A stretch of 63,983 bases of DNA, the filler included, from Octopus bimaculoides (lineage: Eukaryota), in NCBI RefSeq assembly GCF_001194135.2. It is 7 parts of 5 records of this genome, joined end to end, with 100 filler letters (N's around TTAATTAATTAA, not from the genome) between each part and the next. Parts side by side here need not be neighbours in the genome. Positions count along the whole stretch, not along the records: positions 21,362 to 31,345 come from NC_068996.1; positions 31,446 to 36,586 come from NC_068982.1; positions 36,687 to 60,790 come from NC_068982.1; 4 more parts are not named here. One strand, given 5' to 3'. Made by a program: the position numbers and the translations under genes. Under the pieces are notes generated by a model. That model did not search any database. It had not been told where the DNA came from and saw only the letters and a list, made by a program, of their open reading frames with translations. Position 1 is the stretch's first letter; every line of letters starts with the position of its first letter. Shown piece after piece: positions 24,440 to 38,023 of this stretch.

Positions 24440-24504
24440 CCGGAAGTTGTTGCTCTTCGATTACAGCTGCAGCTTTCTTCAGCTGAATACACGCCGTTGA
24501 TTGG
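24440..24504. promoter_or_regulatory. Possible promoter motifs (ETS/GABP-type CCGGAAGT and an inverted CCAAT)
   Basis: CCGGAAGT at 24440-24447 and ATTGG at 24500-24504 in non-repetitive, CpG-containing sequence. Motif match only. Confidence 0.25.
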
Positions 24505-25310
24505 TTAAAAGTACTCAAATACAACAACTCTAACACGAAATAACTTCTATAATACGAAATTTGTCAAAGATGTTGAAAGTAAACCGTGTTCAGCGTGAGA
24601 AATTACACCAGTATACAAAGTTTCAAACTGTTTAGTTACAAAAATAATAATTTAAAAATCTGTGAGCGAAACCGAAGAGATCCTATCTCTCTGTAATCTG
24701 AAATCGATTTCAAATTAACCCGGGATGGAGAGTAAGCCTGAATCTGATTTCAATACACCCCTGTATTGTTCAAACTAACTTCTCTCATTTTCCTAAAATG
24801 ATTAGCTCCACTAACACTTGTAACTCGTGATACTTTATGGTATTAAACACGCGTAACATTCAATAATGTAAGCAAATTGTAAAATGTGAAAATAACAAAA
24901 AGTATTGGATTTCTAAACAACCCTAATATTTATATGATGCCTTAAAACGAAATTGAATTTCGGAGATTCTAAGTCAGCAATTTTAAAGTGAAATCTTTAT
25001 TACTGTTGTTGAACTGTTATTTCAGTTGCAATTTATTAAAGAAAAATATAGCGATCGGAATATATATAAAATAAACAAAATAAATTAATGCACATACACT
25101 TAAAATGCACGCGAAATATATCTACACAAAGCAAAATATATCAATAAGCTTTAAATACAAAGGATACATATTTATCACACGAAATAAGATATATCAATAC
25201 ATTTTAGATGTGAACGGCATGAACTCGTATACAAAGGAAATAGAGTAATATCTCGGTTTACGAACGTCTCTGATCACGAATAAATCGTGCTTTATATATA
25301 TATCTATACC

Positions 25311-25346
<36 letters not shown>

Positions 25347-26089
25347 NNNNNNNNNNNNNNNNNNNNNNNNNNNNNNNNNNNNNNNNNNNNNNNNNNNNNN
25401 NNNNNNNNNNNNNNNNNNNNNNNNNNNNNNNNNNNNNNNNNNNNNNNNNNNNNNNNNNNNNNNNNNNNNNNNNNNNNNNNNNNNNNNNNNNNNNNNNNNN
25501 NNNNNNNNNNNNNNNNNNNNNNNNNNNNNNNNNNNNNNNNNNNNNNNNNNNNNNNNNNNNNNNNNNNNNNNNNNNNNNNNNNNNNNNNNNNNNNNNNNNN
25601 NNNNNNNNNNNNNNNNNNNNNNNNNNNNNNNNNNNNNNNNNNNNNNNNNNNNNNNNNNNNNNNNNNNNNNNNNNNNNNNNNNNNNNNNNNNNNNNNNNNN
25701 NNNNNNNNNNNNNNNNNNNNNNNNNNNNNNNNNNNNNNNNNNNNNNNNNNNNNNNNNNNNNNNNNNNNNNNNNNNNNNNNNNNNNNNNNNNNNNNNNNNN
25801 NNNNNNNNNNNNNNNNNNNNNNNNNNNNNNNNNNNNNNNNNNNNNNNNNNNNNNNNNNNNNNNNNNNNNNNNNNNNNNNNNNNNNNNNNNNNNNNNNNNN
25901 NNNNNNNNNNNNNNNNNNNNNNNNNNNNNNNNNNNNNNNNNNNNNNNNNNNNNNNNNNNNNNNNNNNNNNNNNNNNNNNNNNNNNNNNNNNNNNNNNNNN
26001 NNNNNNNNNNNNNNNNNNNNNNNNNNNNNNNNNNNNNNNNNNNNNNNNNNNNNNNNNNNNNNNNNNNNNNNNNNNNNNNNNNNNNNATA

Positions 26090-28750
26090 TTTTCTGTAAG
26101 GAACTGGAATACATATGATTCGAATTTCATCAAAATTGCACATGAGGGTTCTTTCCCTCTTTACACACCCTAAAAAATTCTAATCATGAGACATGTATCC
26201 CATACTATTGATCTTTATGCGCATATTCCAAAATTTCAGTCTTCTGGAACCTGTAAAAAGGATTTTGCTTCTGAAAAATGGAGCTCATGGAGCTCTAAAA
26301 TGTGGGAACGAAGGCCCCTATTGGGGGTGGGGGTGTTAATGTCAACCAGAGAAGTTGAATTGTTGGGAATGTTTTTTAACTTGGGTTTTATATAATGCGT
26401 GTATATATGTGAGAGTATAGTCTCATTTTAATAGTTTCAGTATGAAATTGAAAATTTGAAATTACAGTAGCGACATGTTATTGTTTCACTTTTGACAGGT
26501 AATACTGAAATAGTGGAATAGTTTCAGTATTAAAGTGAAAGTATCTGACATTACAGTAGAGTAATGTTGTTGTTTCACTTTTGACACGTAATACTGAAAT
26601 AGTGGAGGAGATATGATATTGCTGTGGGCTCGAACTATGCAAGAAGTTAAAAATTGTTTTGGCCTAAGACGCTACATGGACCATAAGTAAGGCATGTGTT
26701 AATTTGGAATGAAATTAGTTGTGTAGTTCTCGAGTTTTAGGGATTCACACAGACACACATTCTCATATTTATATATTTGATATTTATACGCACATTCCAG
26801 CATTCCAGTGTTATGAACCCTGTAAAAAGGATTTTTCTCCTGAAAAATGGAGCTCATGGAGCTGAAAAATGTGTGAGTTAAGGCCCCTATTGGGGTGGGT
26901 GTGTTAATGTCAACCAGAGAAGTTGAATTGTTGGGAATCTTTTTAACTTGTGCTGTAATATGTATTGTTTGAATTTCTTTGAAATAGGAAATATATGTAT
27001 GTTCACTGAGTTTGTAAAAGAGAGCAAAGCTACAGGAAACCAAAAGACGAATGATCACGATAATCAATCAGCTACCCAAGCCTAGTCGTTGCTACTCTCC
27101 AATGTAGGATTCCTCACTATACAGGTGACAGGCACAGCTGTAAGATGCATTACAGATCTATAGCAATTGGAAGGGCATGACCGAATTGAAATAACAACGT
27201 GTGACGTTTGGAATGAAAGGAAATGAAAGTGTCGCCTCTGGAGTTTGCAAATGACCACTATACCGATAGGTAACTGTGCAGACAAAATTTACAATCAATA
27301 AATGTCTTAGAACAATCAGTCACTCATCTGGGAAGGCCTTGAAATCAATGTTACCAACTGGAGACTATGTGTGACTCAGTGATAATAAAAAGACTGAAAG
27401 GAGGTCTGCAACGAAATAATTTTACTCAACACTTTGCAAGTGAATCAGTGGAGGCAAAGATGCGTCTCATTTACTTGACAATTTATGCACCACATTGCAG
27501 AAATCACAATGTAAGTATATCTGAAAGGATAGTCTTACACTGTTGTACCGGTGAATTACAAATAATGCTCATCTGTTATGTTCGGGTGANNNNNNNNNNN
27601 NNNNNNNNNNNNNNNNNNNNNNNNNNNNNNNNNNNNNNNNNNNNNNNNNNNNNNNNNNNNNNNNNNNNNNNNNNNNNNNNNNNNNNNNNNNNNNNNNNNN
27701 NNNNNNNNNNNNNNNNNNNNNNNNNNNNNNNNNNNNNNNNNNNNNNNNNNNNNNNNNNNNNNNNNNNNNNNNNNNNNNNNNNNNNNNNNNNNNNNNNNNN
27801 NNNNNNNNNNNNNNNNNNNNNNNNNNNNNNNNNNNNNNNNNNNNNNNNNNNNNNNNNNNNNNNNNNNNNNNNNNNNNNNNNNNNNNNNNNNNNNNNNNNN
27901 NNNNNNNNNNNNNNNNNNNNNNNNNNNNNNNNNNNNNNNNNNNNNNNNNNNNNNNNNNNNNNNNNNNNNNNNNNNNNNNNNNNNNNNNNNNNNNNNNNNN
28001 NNNNNNNNNNNNNNNNNNNNNNNNNNNNNNNNNNNNNNNNNNNNNNNNNNNNNNNNNNNNNNNNNNNNNNNNNNNNNNNNNNNNNNNNNNNNNNNNNNNN
28101 NNNNNNNNNNNNNNNNNNNNNNNNNNNNNNNNNNNNNNNNNNNNNNNNNNNNNNNNNNNNNNNNNNNNNNNNNNNNNNNNNNNNNNNNNNNNNNNNNNNN
28201 NNNNNNNNNNNNNNNNNNNNNNNNNNNNNNNNNNNNNNNNNNNNNNNNNNNNNNNNNNNNNNNNNNNNNNNNNNNNNNNNNNNNNNNNNNNNNNNNNNNN
28301 NNNNNNNNNNNNNNNNNNNNNNNNNNNNNNNNNNNNNTATATATATATATACATGTATATATACATGTATATGTATACATTTGTGCAGATATATATATGC
28401 ATGTATCTATATATGTATGTATACCTGTATATATGTGAGAGTATAGTTTCACTGTAGTAGATTCAGTATGAAAATGAAACCATTAAAGTCATTACAATAT
28501 CGAAATATGATTGTTTCAGTTAGTGGAATAGTTTCATTTTTAAAGTGAAAGTATCTGACATGAGTGTTTTTGTTTCACTTTTGACACGTGATACTTAAAT
28601 AGTGGAGGAGATATGATGTTACTGTGGGCTCGAACTATGCAAGAAGTTAAAAAAGCTTTTTGATAAAACACAACCGGGATCCTAAGTAAGGCATGTGTAA
28701 AATTTGAATGACATTAGTTGTGTAGTTCTCGAGTTTTGGGGAAGCACACA

Positions 28751-28836
<86 letters not shown>
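26090..28836 (-). mobile_element. Cluster of partial Helitron-like repeats
   Basis: 26225-26400 is duplicated at 26790-26965, and 26405-26750 is duplicated at 28430-28745. The minus-strand starts resemble Helitron 5' ends (TC..ATATATAAAT, (TG)n, AACTCGAGAACTACACAACTAAT). Confidence 0.45.
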
Positions 28837-29054
28837 NNNNNNNNNNNNNNNNNNNNNNNNNNNNNNNNNNNNNNNNNNNNNNNNNNNNNNNNNNNNNNNN
28901 NNNNNNNNNNNNNNNNNNNNNNNNNNNNNNNNNNNNNNNNNNNNNNNNNNNNNNNNNNNNNNNNNNNNNNNNNNNNNNNNNNNNNNNNNNNNNNNNNNNN
29001 NNNNNNNNNNNNNNNNNNNNNNNNNNNNNNNNNNNNNNNNNNNNNNNNNNNNNN

Positions 29055-29087
<33 letters not shown>

Positions 29088-29717
29088 AACACAATTAATT
29101 CGTGATCACAGATGTTCGAAAACCGAGGTACTTCTGTATATTTATACACTTATGCAAACGATATGTATTATATATCAACACATATACAACGCATATACAC
29201 AGAAACACGCATACACAAATAGAAAACGCTTCCCATGCATTAATGGTGACCCATTATCTCCTTTGGGAGAACCCTCCCAAGTCTTCGGATAACGTTTATA
29301 AATTACTCTTATTGGTATTTATTATGCTTATAAGTTACTTTAAAACAATTGTAATAATGGTGATAATAAAAACAATGAAGATCCTTTTATTTACCACCAA
29401 GGCAATGAACGTTTCGGGAAGGATTTGAGTGAGGTAATTTGGAATAATAGGACATAGGATAACCTTGCCCACGGTAACCTGAAGGTGATTTCAAGTTACT
29501 GGGAGTTAAGCTGAATGTTCGTGTACTCCACCACCACCATTGCTACATCAGTACTAGCGGTTCTGTTTTCTCAAATTAGAAGTCAACATGTCGCTTATTT
29601 TAGTCACTAAGTTTGTTATTTCGATGTCAACGTTGTGCTTGTTTATATATTTATATAATCTATTTCAAAATCCTGGATGTTAATTCCAGGGTTATTTTAA
29701 AAATTGATGAACTCGCA

Positions 29718-29813
<96 letters not shown>

Positions 29814-30227
29814 GTATTCAACTTACATTTCTGTTGGTGTATATATCTGTCTACTCTAACAATACCGATAAACATACAGGTCAAATAGCTAACATAAATA
29901 AATAAATAAACTAAATAATTGCGGTGCCCCAGTATGGTCCCATTCTTTGAGCTGCTACAAATTAAAAGGTAAAAGTAACATCCACAGCTATTTCACTTTG
30001 ATTTAACTGAGCCGATATATTTAGCTATCCGTTTTTCTATCTTCTATCCGTCAAAGAATCTATCTAACCACATAGATACACTGACGGATTAAAGATTAGA
30101 CACGGTTGAACATTAAACCTGCAACAACTAAAACTTTATTTTTATTGTCTGTGACAATATTCTACCGTACGCCGTTTAAAATCATGTAACTGCTTTCCAC
30201 ACGCCCGCGTTCCTTTCAATCAACGCT

Positions 30228-30269
<42 letters not shown>

Positions 30270-30448
30270 CTTTGCCTATCACTTCATCTATATCACATGC
30301 CCTACACTTAACATCTCACATTTTCTACATCTTTCTCCAACTAACCTCTCAGCGCTAACACTCTTTTCTCTCTCAATTTTCGCCTCTCCCTTCTACTAAC
30401 AACGTGACAGTGTTATACATTTGGTCTTTGCGTATTAGTATATAAGAT

Positions 30449-30479
<31 letters not shown>

Positions 30480-31198
30480 CATACATACATACACATATGT
30501 ATAGAAGTAGAGAGAGATATATGTATACATCTTTCTCTCTGCTTTCTTCTCTATTTTTCTCTCTCTTCTTTCCCCCTCCCACACTTTCACTCCAGATTCC
30601 TCTCTCTCACACTTATTCTACCTTTAAATCATTGCACCTCCCCCTCTCGCTAGCTAACTAAAGCGCAACGTATGAACCAACGAATAAACAGAATTATAAT
30701 ATAAATTTGTTCGTTATGTTTGGGTTAATAACGATACATCATTTTGTTGGTTATTGCTTGAATATCCTTCACTGGCACAAATAAATACACTGCGGTTTCA
30801 TTCTTGGTCAAAGAATTTCCTCCGTGAAATAGCAATGCAATTTGGTGTATCAATCTGGTCTTCCATAGTCATTTTGAATACACATGCGAATGGCTTTCTG
30901 TGAAAAGTCAGCCCCGTGTTGCAGAATCCAGCTATTAGGGTTTTTTTCAGGTGCCGTTCCCTAATGCGATTAAGCTATAGCTATAGTGAAAGTTTCGGAG
31001 TCACCGCACACATCAATATTAGCAAAGAAAGATTTATAGCAAAGAAGAGTTGTTCTATATTGGAAAACCTTTCAACAATAAAGCACGGATGAAGTTGCAC
31101 TTTCAAATCTGAAAGCTGTACTGGTATAGGTTAGTATTTAATACTTGGCACTTCTTTTATGAATTAGTCACACAAACACACACACACACACACACACA

Positions 31199-31234
<36 letters not shown>

Positions 31235-32954
31235 CATACACACACAAGTATTGTTTGACTAAACCTCTTAAGACGGTGCCGCAGTATCTCTGCAATCCAA
31301 TGACTGAAACATAAAAGATAAATAAAAGTGTGTGTGTGTATACAGNNNNNNNNNNNNNNNNNNNNNNNNNNNNNNNNNNNNNNNNNNNNTTAATTAATTA
31401 ANNNNNNNNNNNNNNNNNNNNNNNNNNNNNNNNNNNNNNNNNNNNATTTATATCTACATCTATTCCTTTATATGTACATCTGTATATAAATATACATTTA
31501 TATGTACATATACATATATATTATATTATATATGCATACATATATGCATGCATGCTTACATACATACATACATTACGTATGTGTGTGTTGGTGGGTGTAT
31601 GTATACTCATTTTTCATTATTCTGTATGCTTTGCAAGAGAGAGAAAGGCTTACTGGAAAAAAAATTTATTCTGTTTTCTCTTTGTTCTTTGTTAAATAAA
31701 TTGAAAAACGACATATTTCTTTTGCTGTATATATTTTCAATAATTCAAATTCTTTTATTTAAAAATTAGTTTCAATATTTAGTTAGTTTTCATATTCAGA
31801 CAGCTCTGCATCGGAAGTTTCGTTTTCTTCATCAGGCTGAACTCTCTGAGAGACTTAAGTGCATAAAAATATTTTCAGACTTGAACTGATTGAGAAACTT
31901 CTTCGTTCTTAAGTAGAATCAAAATCAATTGAAAAATATTTGTAAAAATTGTTCTTGGTTTCTTTCAAATCCACCAGAAAATCAGTTGTGACTGCAGATA
32001 TCTCACAATCTGCAGAAATAACGCCTGAAGATCGCATTGCCATGAAACTCGAATCACGAAAAAACAAAATTCAATTGAAAGAAATCATAAACTTTACAAC
32101 ATGTATTGAATGCTCTCTTTCTCCTTTGTTCACAANNNNNNNNNNNNNNNNNNNNNNNNNNNNNNNNNNNNNNNNNNNNNNNNNNNNNNNNNNNNNNNNN
32201 NNNNNNNNNNNNNNNNNNNNNNNNNNNNNNNNNNNNNNNNNNNNNNNNNNNNNNNNNNNNNNNNNNNNNNNNNNNNNNNNNNNNNNNNNNNNNNATATAT
32301 ATATGTATATATATATATATATATATGTACATACATATATACACACACATTCATACGTATATACTTACACACGCAGACAAATTCATGAATGTGACAGGTT
32401 GAAAGGAACATTGTTGGCCCACTTAAAGTAACATATTCAAAGGAAGATATGCGTTTGTGCGGATGAGTTCATCTGTGAGTGTGCGTGCGAGTTTCTGTGT
32501 GTGTGTGCATGTGTGTGCGTGTGCGTGTGTGTGTGTGTGCGCGTGTGCGTGCGTGTGTGCGCGTGTGAACGTGTATATATGCACATATAAATATACATGT
32601 ATATACTTGTGTATATATACATATATATTATATTACATATACACACATACATATGTACATACATATATACATATATACAGTACGTACATATATGTGTGTA
32701 TAGGTGTGTATATGTAAATATACATTTAGCTTGAATAATAACAAAGAAATGACGAATGAAAATGATCAGGTAAATTATTAATCTGTTATTAAATTATATG
32801 CATATACTTAACCCTGGGCACAAAAGGATACTTCAAACAGTTATGTGGAGATGAAATTATATGTCCAAGCAATTCCTTCACCAATAGATGAACAGAAAAC
32901 AAATGCTTTTGAAAATTGCAGTTTAACTGTCAAAGATTACACTGTTTAACACAA

Positions 32955-33400
32955 TTTTTGTTTTTGGGTAGCAACTGTTATTTCTTATTTGCTTCTCCCT
33001 TGAAAGTATGAAAACTGGCTAATATTTCCTTCAAACTTTGCTTTTGTTACATTTATTCAAACCCCAAAGAATCCTTCTCGACACATGGCTAGGATACTTT
33101 CCCATTACTTGAGCTCGTGATCAGAGATGCACATATTGTCAGCCACTAAGGGACATGCTTAAGTGGTTAAGGTCAAGCAACTGACAAGCATATCCGTAGT
33201 ATTGAACAGAATATTTGCTATAACGATATTTCTGCTTCAGCAACTTAGCATTGAATCTGTCTGAAATGTAATTGAAAATAGGTCAGTTTCAAAACATTGA
33301 CGTCCAAGTCAAAAAGCAAAGTTTGAAGGGAATAGTAGTCATTTCTTTTGATATCTAGATAGAAGCAAATATAAAATAACATTTACTACCAAAGACAAAA
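32955..33400. mobile_element. Long-TIR MITE
   Basis: Imperfect ~90-bp arms at 32955-33046 and 33310-33400 (TTCCTTCAAACTTTGCTTTT / AAAAGCAAAGTTTGAAGGGAA). Confidence 0.75.
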
Positions 33401-33798
33401 TATATAAATAAAAATTTTGTTACACAATGTTATTATAAACTATTGAAATACATTGCTTTTACTTTTACTGGTTTCAGCCAAAACCTGCGGTCCTTTAGTG
33501 TAAAACATAAGCATTACGATGCGAGTAATCGTCTTCAAGTAAAAAGAATATTCAATTTCATCAAGAAAACCTTGTGTGCGTACATATTTTTTTCTTTGTA
33601 TGCTAGATGTAAGACAAGTGGTGTGAATGCGTATTGGCGCACTGATTAGAGAAAACATTTGTAGGAACCAGAATAAATATCTCAAGATGTTTTTATCTCG
33701 ATGCTCTAATGAATCTGCTAATCCGCTACCCTATCTAAATTTAATCAAAGTATAATTTATGCAAAAATGAATCAAGAGGAATAACTCAGAGTAACCAG

Positions 33799-34358
33799 TG
33801 GCATGTATATGAACAGCATACACAAATACTGGTAAGTTAAATGCGATACAACATAAATTCTTGATTTATTAAAATTATCCCCCGCCTTAGAGGAAGTATC
33901 ATGCTTACCAAATAGTAATTGAGAACGGTTCCATATGAGAAGGAAGAGAGAGTCTCAGTAATCAACAATTTCCCAAAGCTGATATGCCATTAAGGACGGT
34001 TATAGACACATGTTTCTAGCTCAATAATCGTCATCAGCACAAGTGTCTTAACATACCGCCAGCAGTCAGAGGGTATAGACATATGCAAAAAAAGTAGAAC
34101 AAATTTATGGCCTTGGTAATTTGCATAATTTAAACCAAAATCGGGTCTAAGAAATATATCTGAGTGGCCTGTGGCATGCATTTGAACAACATTGACAAAT
34201 ACAGGTATATCAAATACGATACAACATAAATTCTTAATTTATTAAAACTATCTTCGTCTCTGGAGGATGTCAGAATTACCAAAAGGCAAGCTCCACTTGA
34301 GAAGAAGAGATAATACCAAGAATCAAGATTTCTCTAAAAGCTGATATGCAATTAAGGA
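33799..34358 (+). repeat. Diverged direct duplication, ~373-bp period
   Basis: TGGCATG...CAAATAC.GGTA...GATACAACATAAATTCTT.ATTTATTAAAA...AAAGCTGATATGC.ATTAAGGA occurs at 33799 and 34172. Confidence 0.8.
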
Positions 34359-35036
34359 AAAAGGACAGACCTGTTTTTGGATATCATCAAGTTATAAATG
34401 ATGACAGGCAAATTCCAACAAGGTTTGAAATTGGAATATTTAGTAATGAAATTAAACTTTGCAAAATATTTTAAGCCAGCAATATATCATCTTTACCAAA
34501 TCTCCAACCTTGTTTTAAATAATGTCTATAATGTCCTCTCCTCGAATAACATCATCTGTCGGGAACTCATTATTTAGCGATATACTATTTATCATTGAAA
34601 CCTGTAGGGTGTACTTCGGTTAACTAAGACTGATCACTGATTCATAGTCAATGTTGTGTGTCGTGTATGAAAATGGTTCTCCTCCTTAACACAGACCACT
34701 ACTTGCTGTTATTTTATCCTTGACATTGTATTTTGAGGGCTCACATTTAATAAAAATAATGTAGGTCAACCTAACTTGAAAAAAAAATGTAAAAATTATA
34801 TTGGAAAAGACAGAAAGAAGGAAGTAAATGAAGAAAAGTAGGAAAGGGAGACTGACAGTGAGAAAGAGATAGTAAAAGAGAGTGAGAGAGTGAAACAGAC
34901 AGAGATGAAGAGATAGTGATGATGTTAATGAGATAGAAAGCTATATAGATAGACATACAGGTAGGTAGGAAGATGGATAAACAGACAGGCAGACAGACAG
35001 ACAGACAGACAGACTGACAGACAGACAGTTAGATAG

Positions 35037-35117
<81 letters not shown>

Positions 35118-35808
35118 CAGAGTAATTGAGATGAAATGGCGGGGTGAATCTGGTATAGAAGGAAGAATGATGCAAACAATGAAAGGAAGAATATAAATGA
35201 AGGAACGAAACCAACAAAAGAATTCGAGAACTAAAAGGAGATATATTGTAAAACAATGCTTAGAATTCCTCGATATAAAAGAAGTCCATACTTTTATTCA
35301 AGAATTAGTTTTCGGTTTAAGCCATAAAAACAGATTAAAACGTTAATGTACGCCATTACGAATATTTCCGTCACTGGAATTAGTTCAAATGTGAAGACAA
35401 AGACACAAAATACTTTATCTTACTGTAGCAGAGGTTGGCTTTTCATCTGCTTTGATGGTCGAGTATAGCTATTTCCTTTCTGGAAGGTTTGTTGTTCTAC
35501 GTGTAACATTTAGGTGTCAGATGTTGAACAGAAGTTGCTTGCCCCAGCCTTTTAATATTCTCTTCGTTGTAAACTTTACTGAACGTCTGTCGTTTCATAC
35601 CAGCTTGTTAATATGAAAGAACAAAAGAAAACGAAAAAACAAAAGAGATGATAAAAGCTAAACAAGAATAAGGTAAATATATATACAAGACGCAATTTTA
35701 ACCGTGTCGGTAAAGAAGTTCGCTTCGTAACCGTTTCGTCTTAGGTTCAGTCTGACTACATGCTTTCAAGTGTCTTCTATCAATATCCGTCGTATGTATG
35801 TATGTATG

Positions 35809-35842
<34 letters not shown>

Positions 35843-36710
35843 AAATACACACACATGTAAAAATGTTTTTCCACATGTGCAGAAGTTTAAAGAGAAAAAG
35901 AAGGTGAGATTGCTATTTAAGAAAATTATATGAAAATTTATAAACGATTAGGTGATGCATTTCGATCTTCTTCTTCTTCTTCTTCTTCTTCTTCTTCTTC
36001 TTCTTCTTCTTCTTCTTCTTCTTCTTCTTCTTCTTCTTCTTCTTCTTCTTCTTCTTCTTCTTCTTCTTCTTCTTCTTCTTCTTCTTCTCTCTATCTCTAT
36101 CTATATATCTTTATATATATATATATATATAACGATATATATATCAGCATATCAGCACTCTAATTTAGTGAAGCATTGCAATATGTATAAGTGATAAATG
36201 AGATAAATGTTTGCAAAAACATTTGGGCAAAGCAGGTGGAAATTTAAGCAAAATGTGTAAAGTGATGTCAATAAATGAAGACAAAGAGAAAGATATTGTA
36301 TACACCTTCAGCAAACTAGAATGGCCTGCCGATAACAACATATTTCTCCAAACTCTTTGATCATTTTCTTTCTTCTATTTGAAAGAGGGAATCTTTTTCC
36401 AAAATATTGAAAGATCATTGGACAATCAATATAAGGTAATGCAATATCTTTTCTCTTTATATTCATTTATTTATATGACCTTGCATGTTTTACTTAACTT
36501 CTCACCTGCCTTGCTCAAAGGGCTTTTTGAAAACACTGATATAATTTACATAGAATGCAATGCCTCAAGCAAATTACAATACACACNNNNNNNNNNNNNN
36601 NNNNNNNNNNNNNNNNNNNNNNNNNNNNNNTTAATTAATTAANNNNNNNNNNNNNNNNNNNNNNNNNNNNNNNNNNNNNNNNNNNNGTATATATACATTA
36701 TATGTGTGTG

Positions 36711-36749
<39 letters not shown>

Positions 36750-36833
36750 TTATATAAATAAGGATAAGATCGATATTTAAATATTGATTTTATCAAGTGG
36801 CCAGCATGAGAATAAAAACCATCAAAGGTAACA

Positions 36834-37008
36834 ATTATTTAAAATTATAATTTAGGGTATCTAGGGGATACCGCCATGCTTTTATTTTCTTTGTCTTCGC
36901 TCCTGTGTGCTATATGAACATTTTATTGTGGTTTAGAGTCAAGATTTGGCTGCTATTTTCAGCATGGCGGTATCTCTTAGATACCCTAAATTATTATTTT
37001 GAATAAAT
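36834..37008. mobile_element. Small MITE-like inverted repeat
   Basis: ~47-bp arms AATTTAGGGTATCTAGGGGATACCGCCATGCT / AGCATGGCGGTATCTCTTAGATACCCTAAATT. Confidence 0.8.
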
Positions 37009-37671
37009 ATATATATATGTAAATACATATATCATCATATATATAATAAAGCATCATCATCATCATCATCATTTAATGTCTATACAATATCTGTTGAGTC
37101 AGAAACCTGTATCATGTTCCAATGTGTTTTGGCATGATTTTTACAGCTGGATGCCCTTTCAAATGTCAACTACTTTAAAGAGTAGCTTGAGTACTAACAA
37201 GGCCTCCGTTACAACTTGCAAGACAAAAGACCCTAAAGTGGACCCTAAAAATGAAGAAGAATAGGAGAAATGGAGACAGACAGACAAAGAGAAAGAGAAT
37301 GGGGATTTTTAAGGCAAGGTGATAAGAGGGAACGAAATATGATGAGAGAAACAGACTTATAGTTGTGAGAGGGTGGCATTGGAGAGGGTAACAGGAGTGT
37401 CACCACAGGGAAGGGATTGTTGAAGTAATGGGGGAGGGGGTTGCTGCCAGTAGTTAGGGAGAAAGATAGGGGCTAAGTGATAAGGGCGATGAAGTGGGTT
37501 GTGTATAAGGAGACCATGGATATTCCCTCTTTGCTTTATAAGGGTGAATATGAGTGGAAACGAACATGAAAGAGAGAAAATAGATGATGATGACAATGAG
37601 ACCTGAAAAGAGAGTCATTAAAAGATAGGGGTGGAGGTCATGGCTAGAGAAATGAGAGGGTTTTTATCTTT

Positions 37672-38023
37672 ATCTTTTTACTTGTTTCAGTCATTAGATT
37701 ATGGCCCTGCTGGAGCACCACCTTGAAGAATTTTTAGTTAAATGAGTCGACCCCAATACTTTTTTTATTCGGTATATTTTGCCAAACAATTAAATTACAG
37801 AGAAGTAAACACACCAACATCAGTTGTCAAGTGGTGGTAGGGAACAAACAAACACATACACACATATATACAACAGGCTTCTTTCAGTTTTCATGCACCA
37901 GATCCATTCACAATGCTTTGGTCAGTCTGGAGCTATAGTAGAAGGTGCCACACAAGGGGACTGAACCTGGTACCATGTAGTTGGGTAGCAAGCTTCTTAC
38001 CACACAGCCAAACATGCACCTAT
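37672..38023 (-). mobile_element. Full-length SINE family A, CpG-decayed
   Basis: The reverse complement runs from the tRNA-like head to the GACTGAAACAAGTAAAAG tail. Confidence 0.8.

Noticed and set aside
30046-30089. Small hairpin ATCCGTCA...TGACGGAT as a pre-miRNA
   Set aside because: The stem is short and interrupted, with no supporting context.
31801-31840. CTGATGAAG-AAAA-CGAAAC on the minus strand
   Set aside because: No convincing stem III or cleavage triplet. It is equally explained as acidic codons (QPDEENETSDAE) of a decayed ORF.
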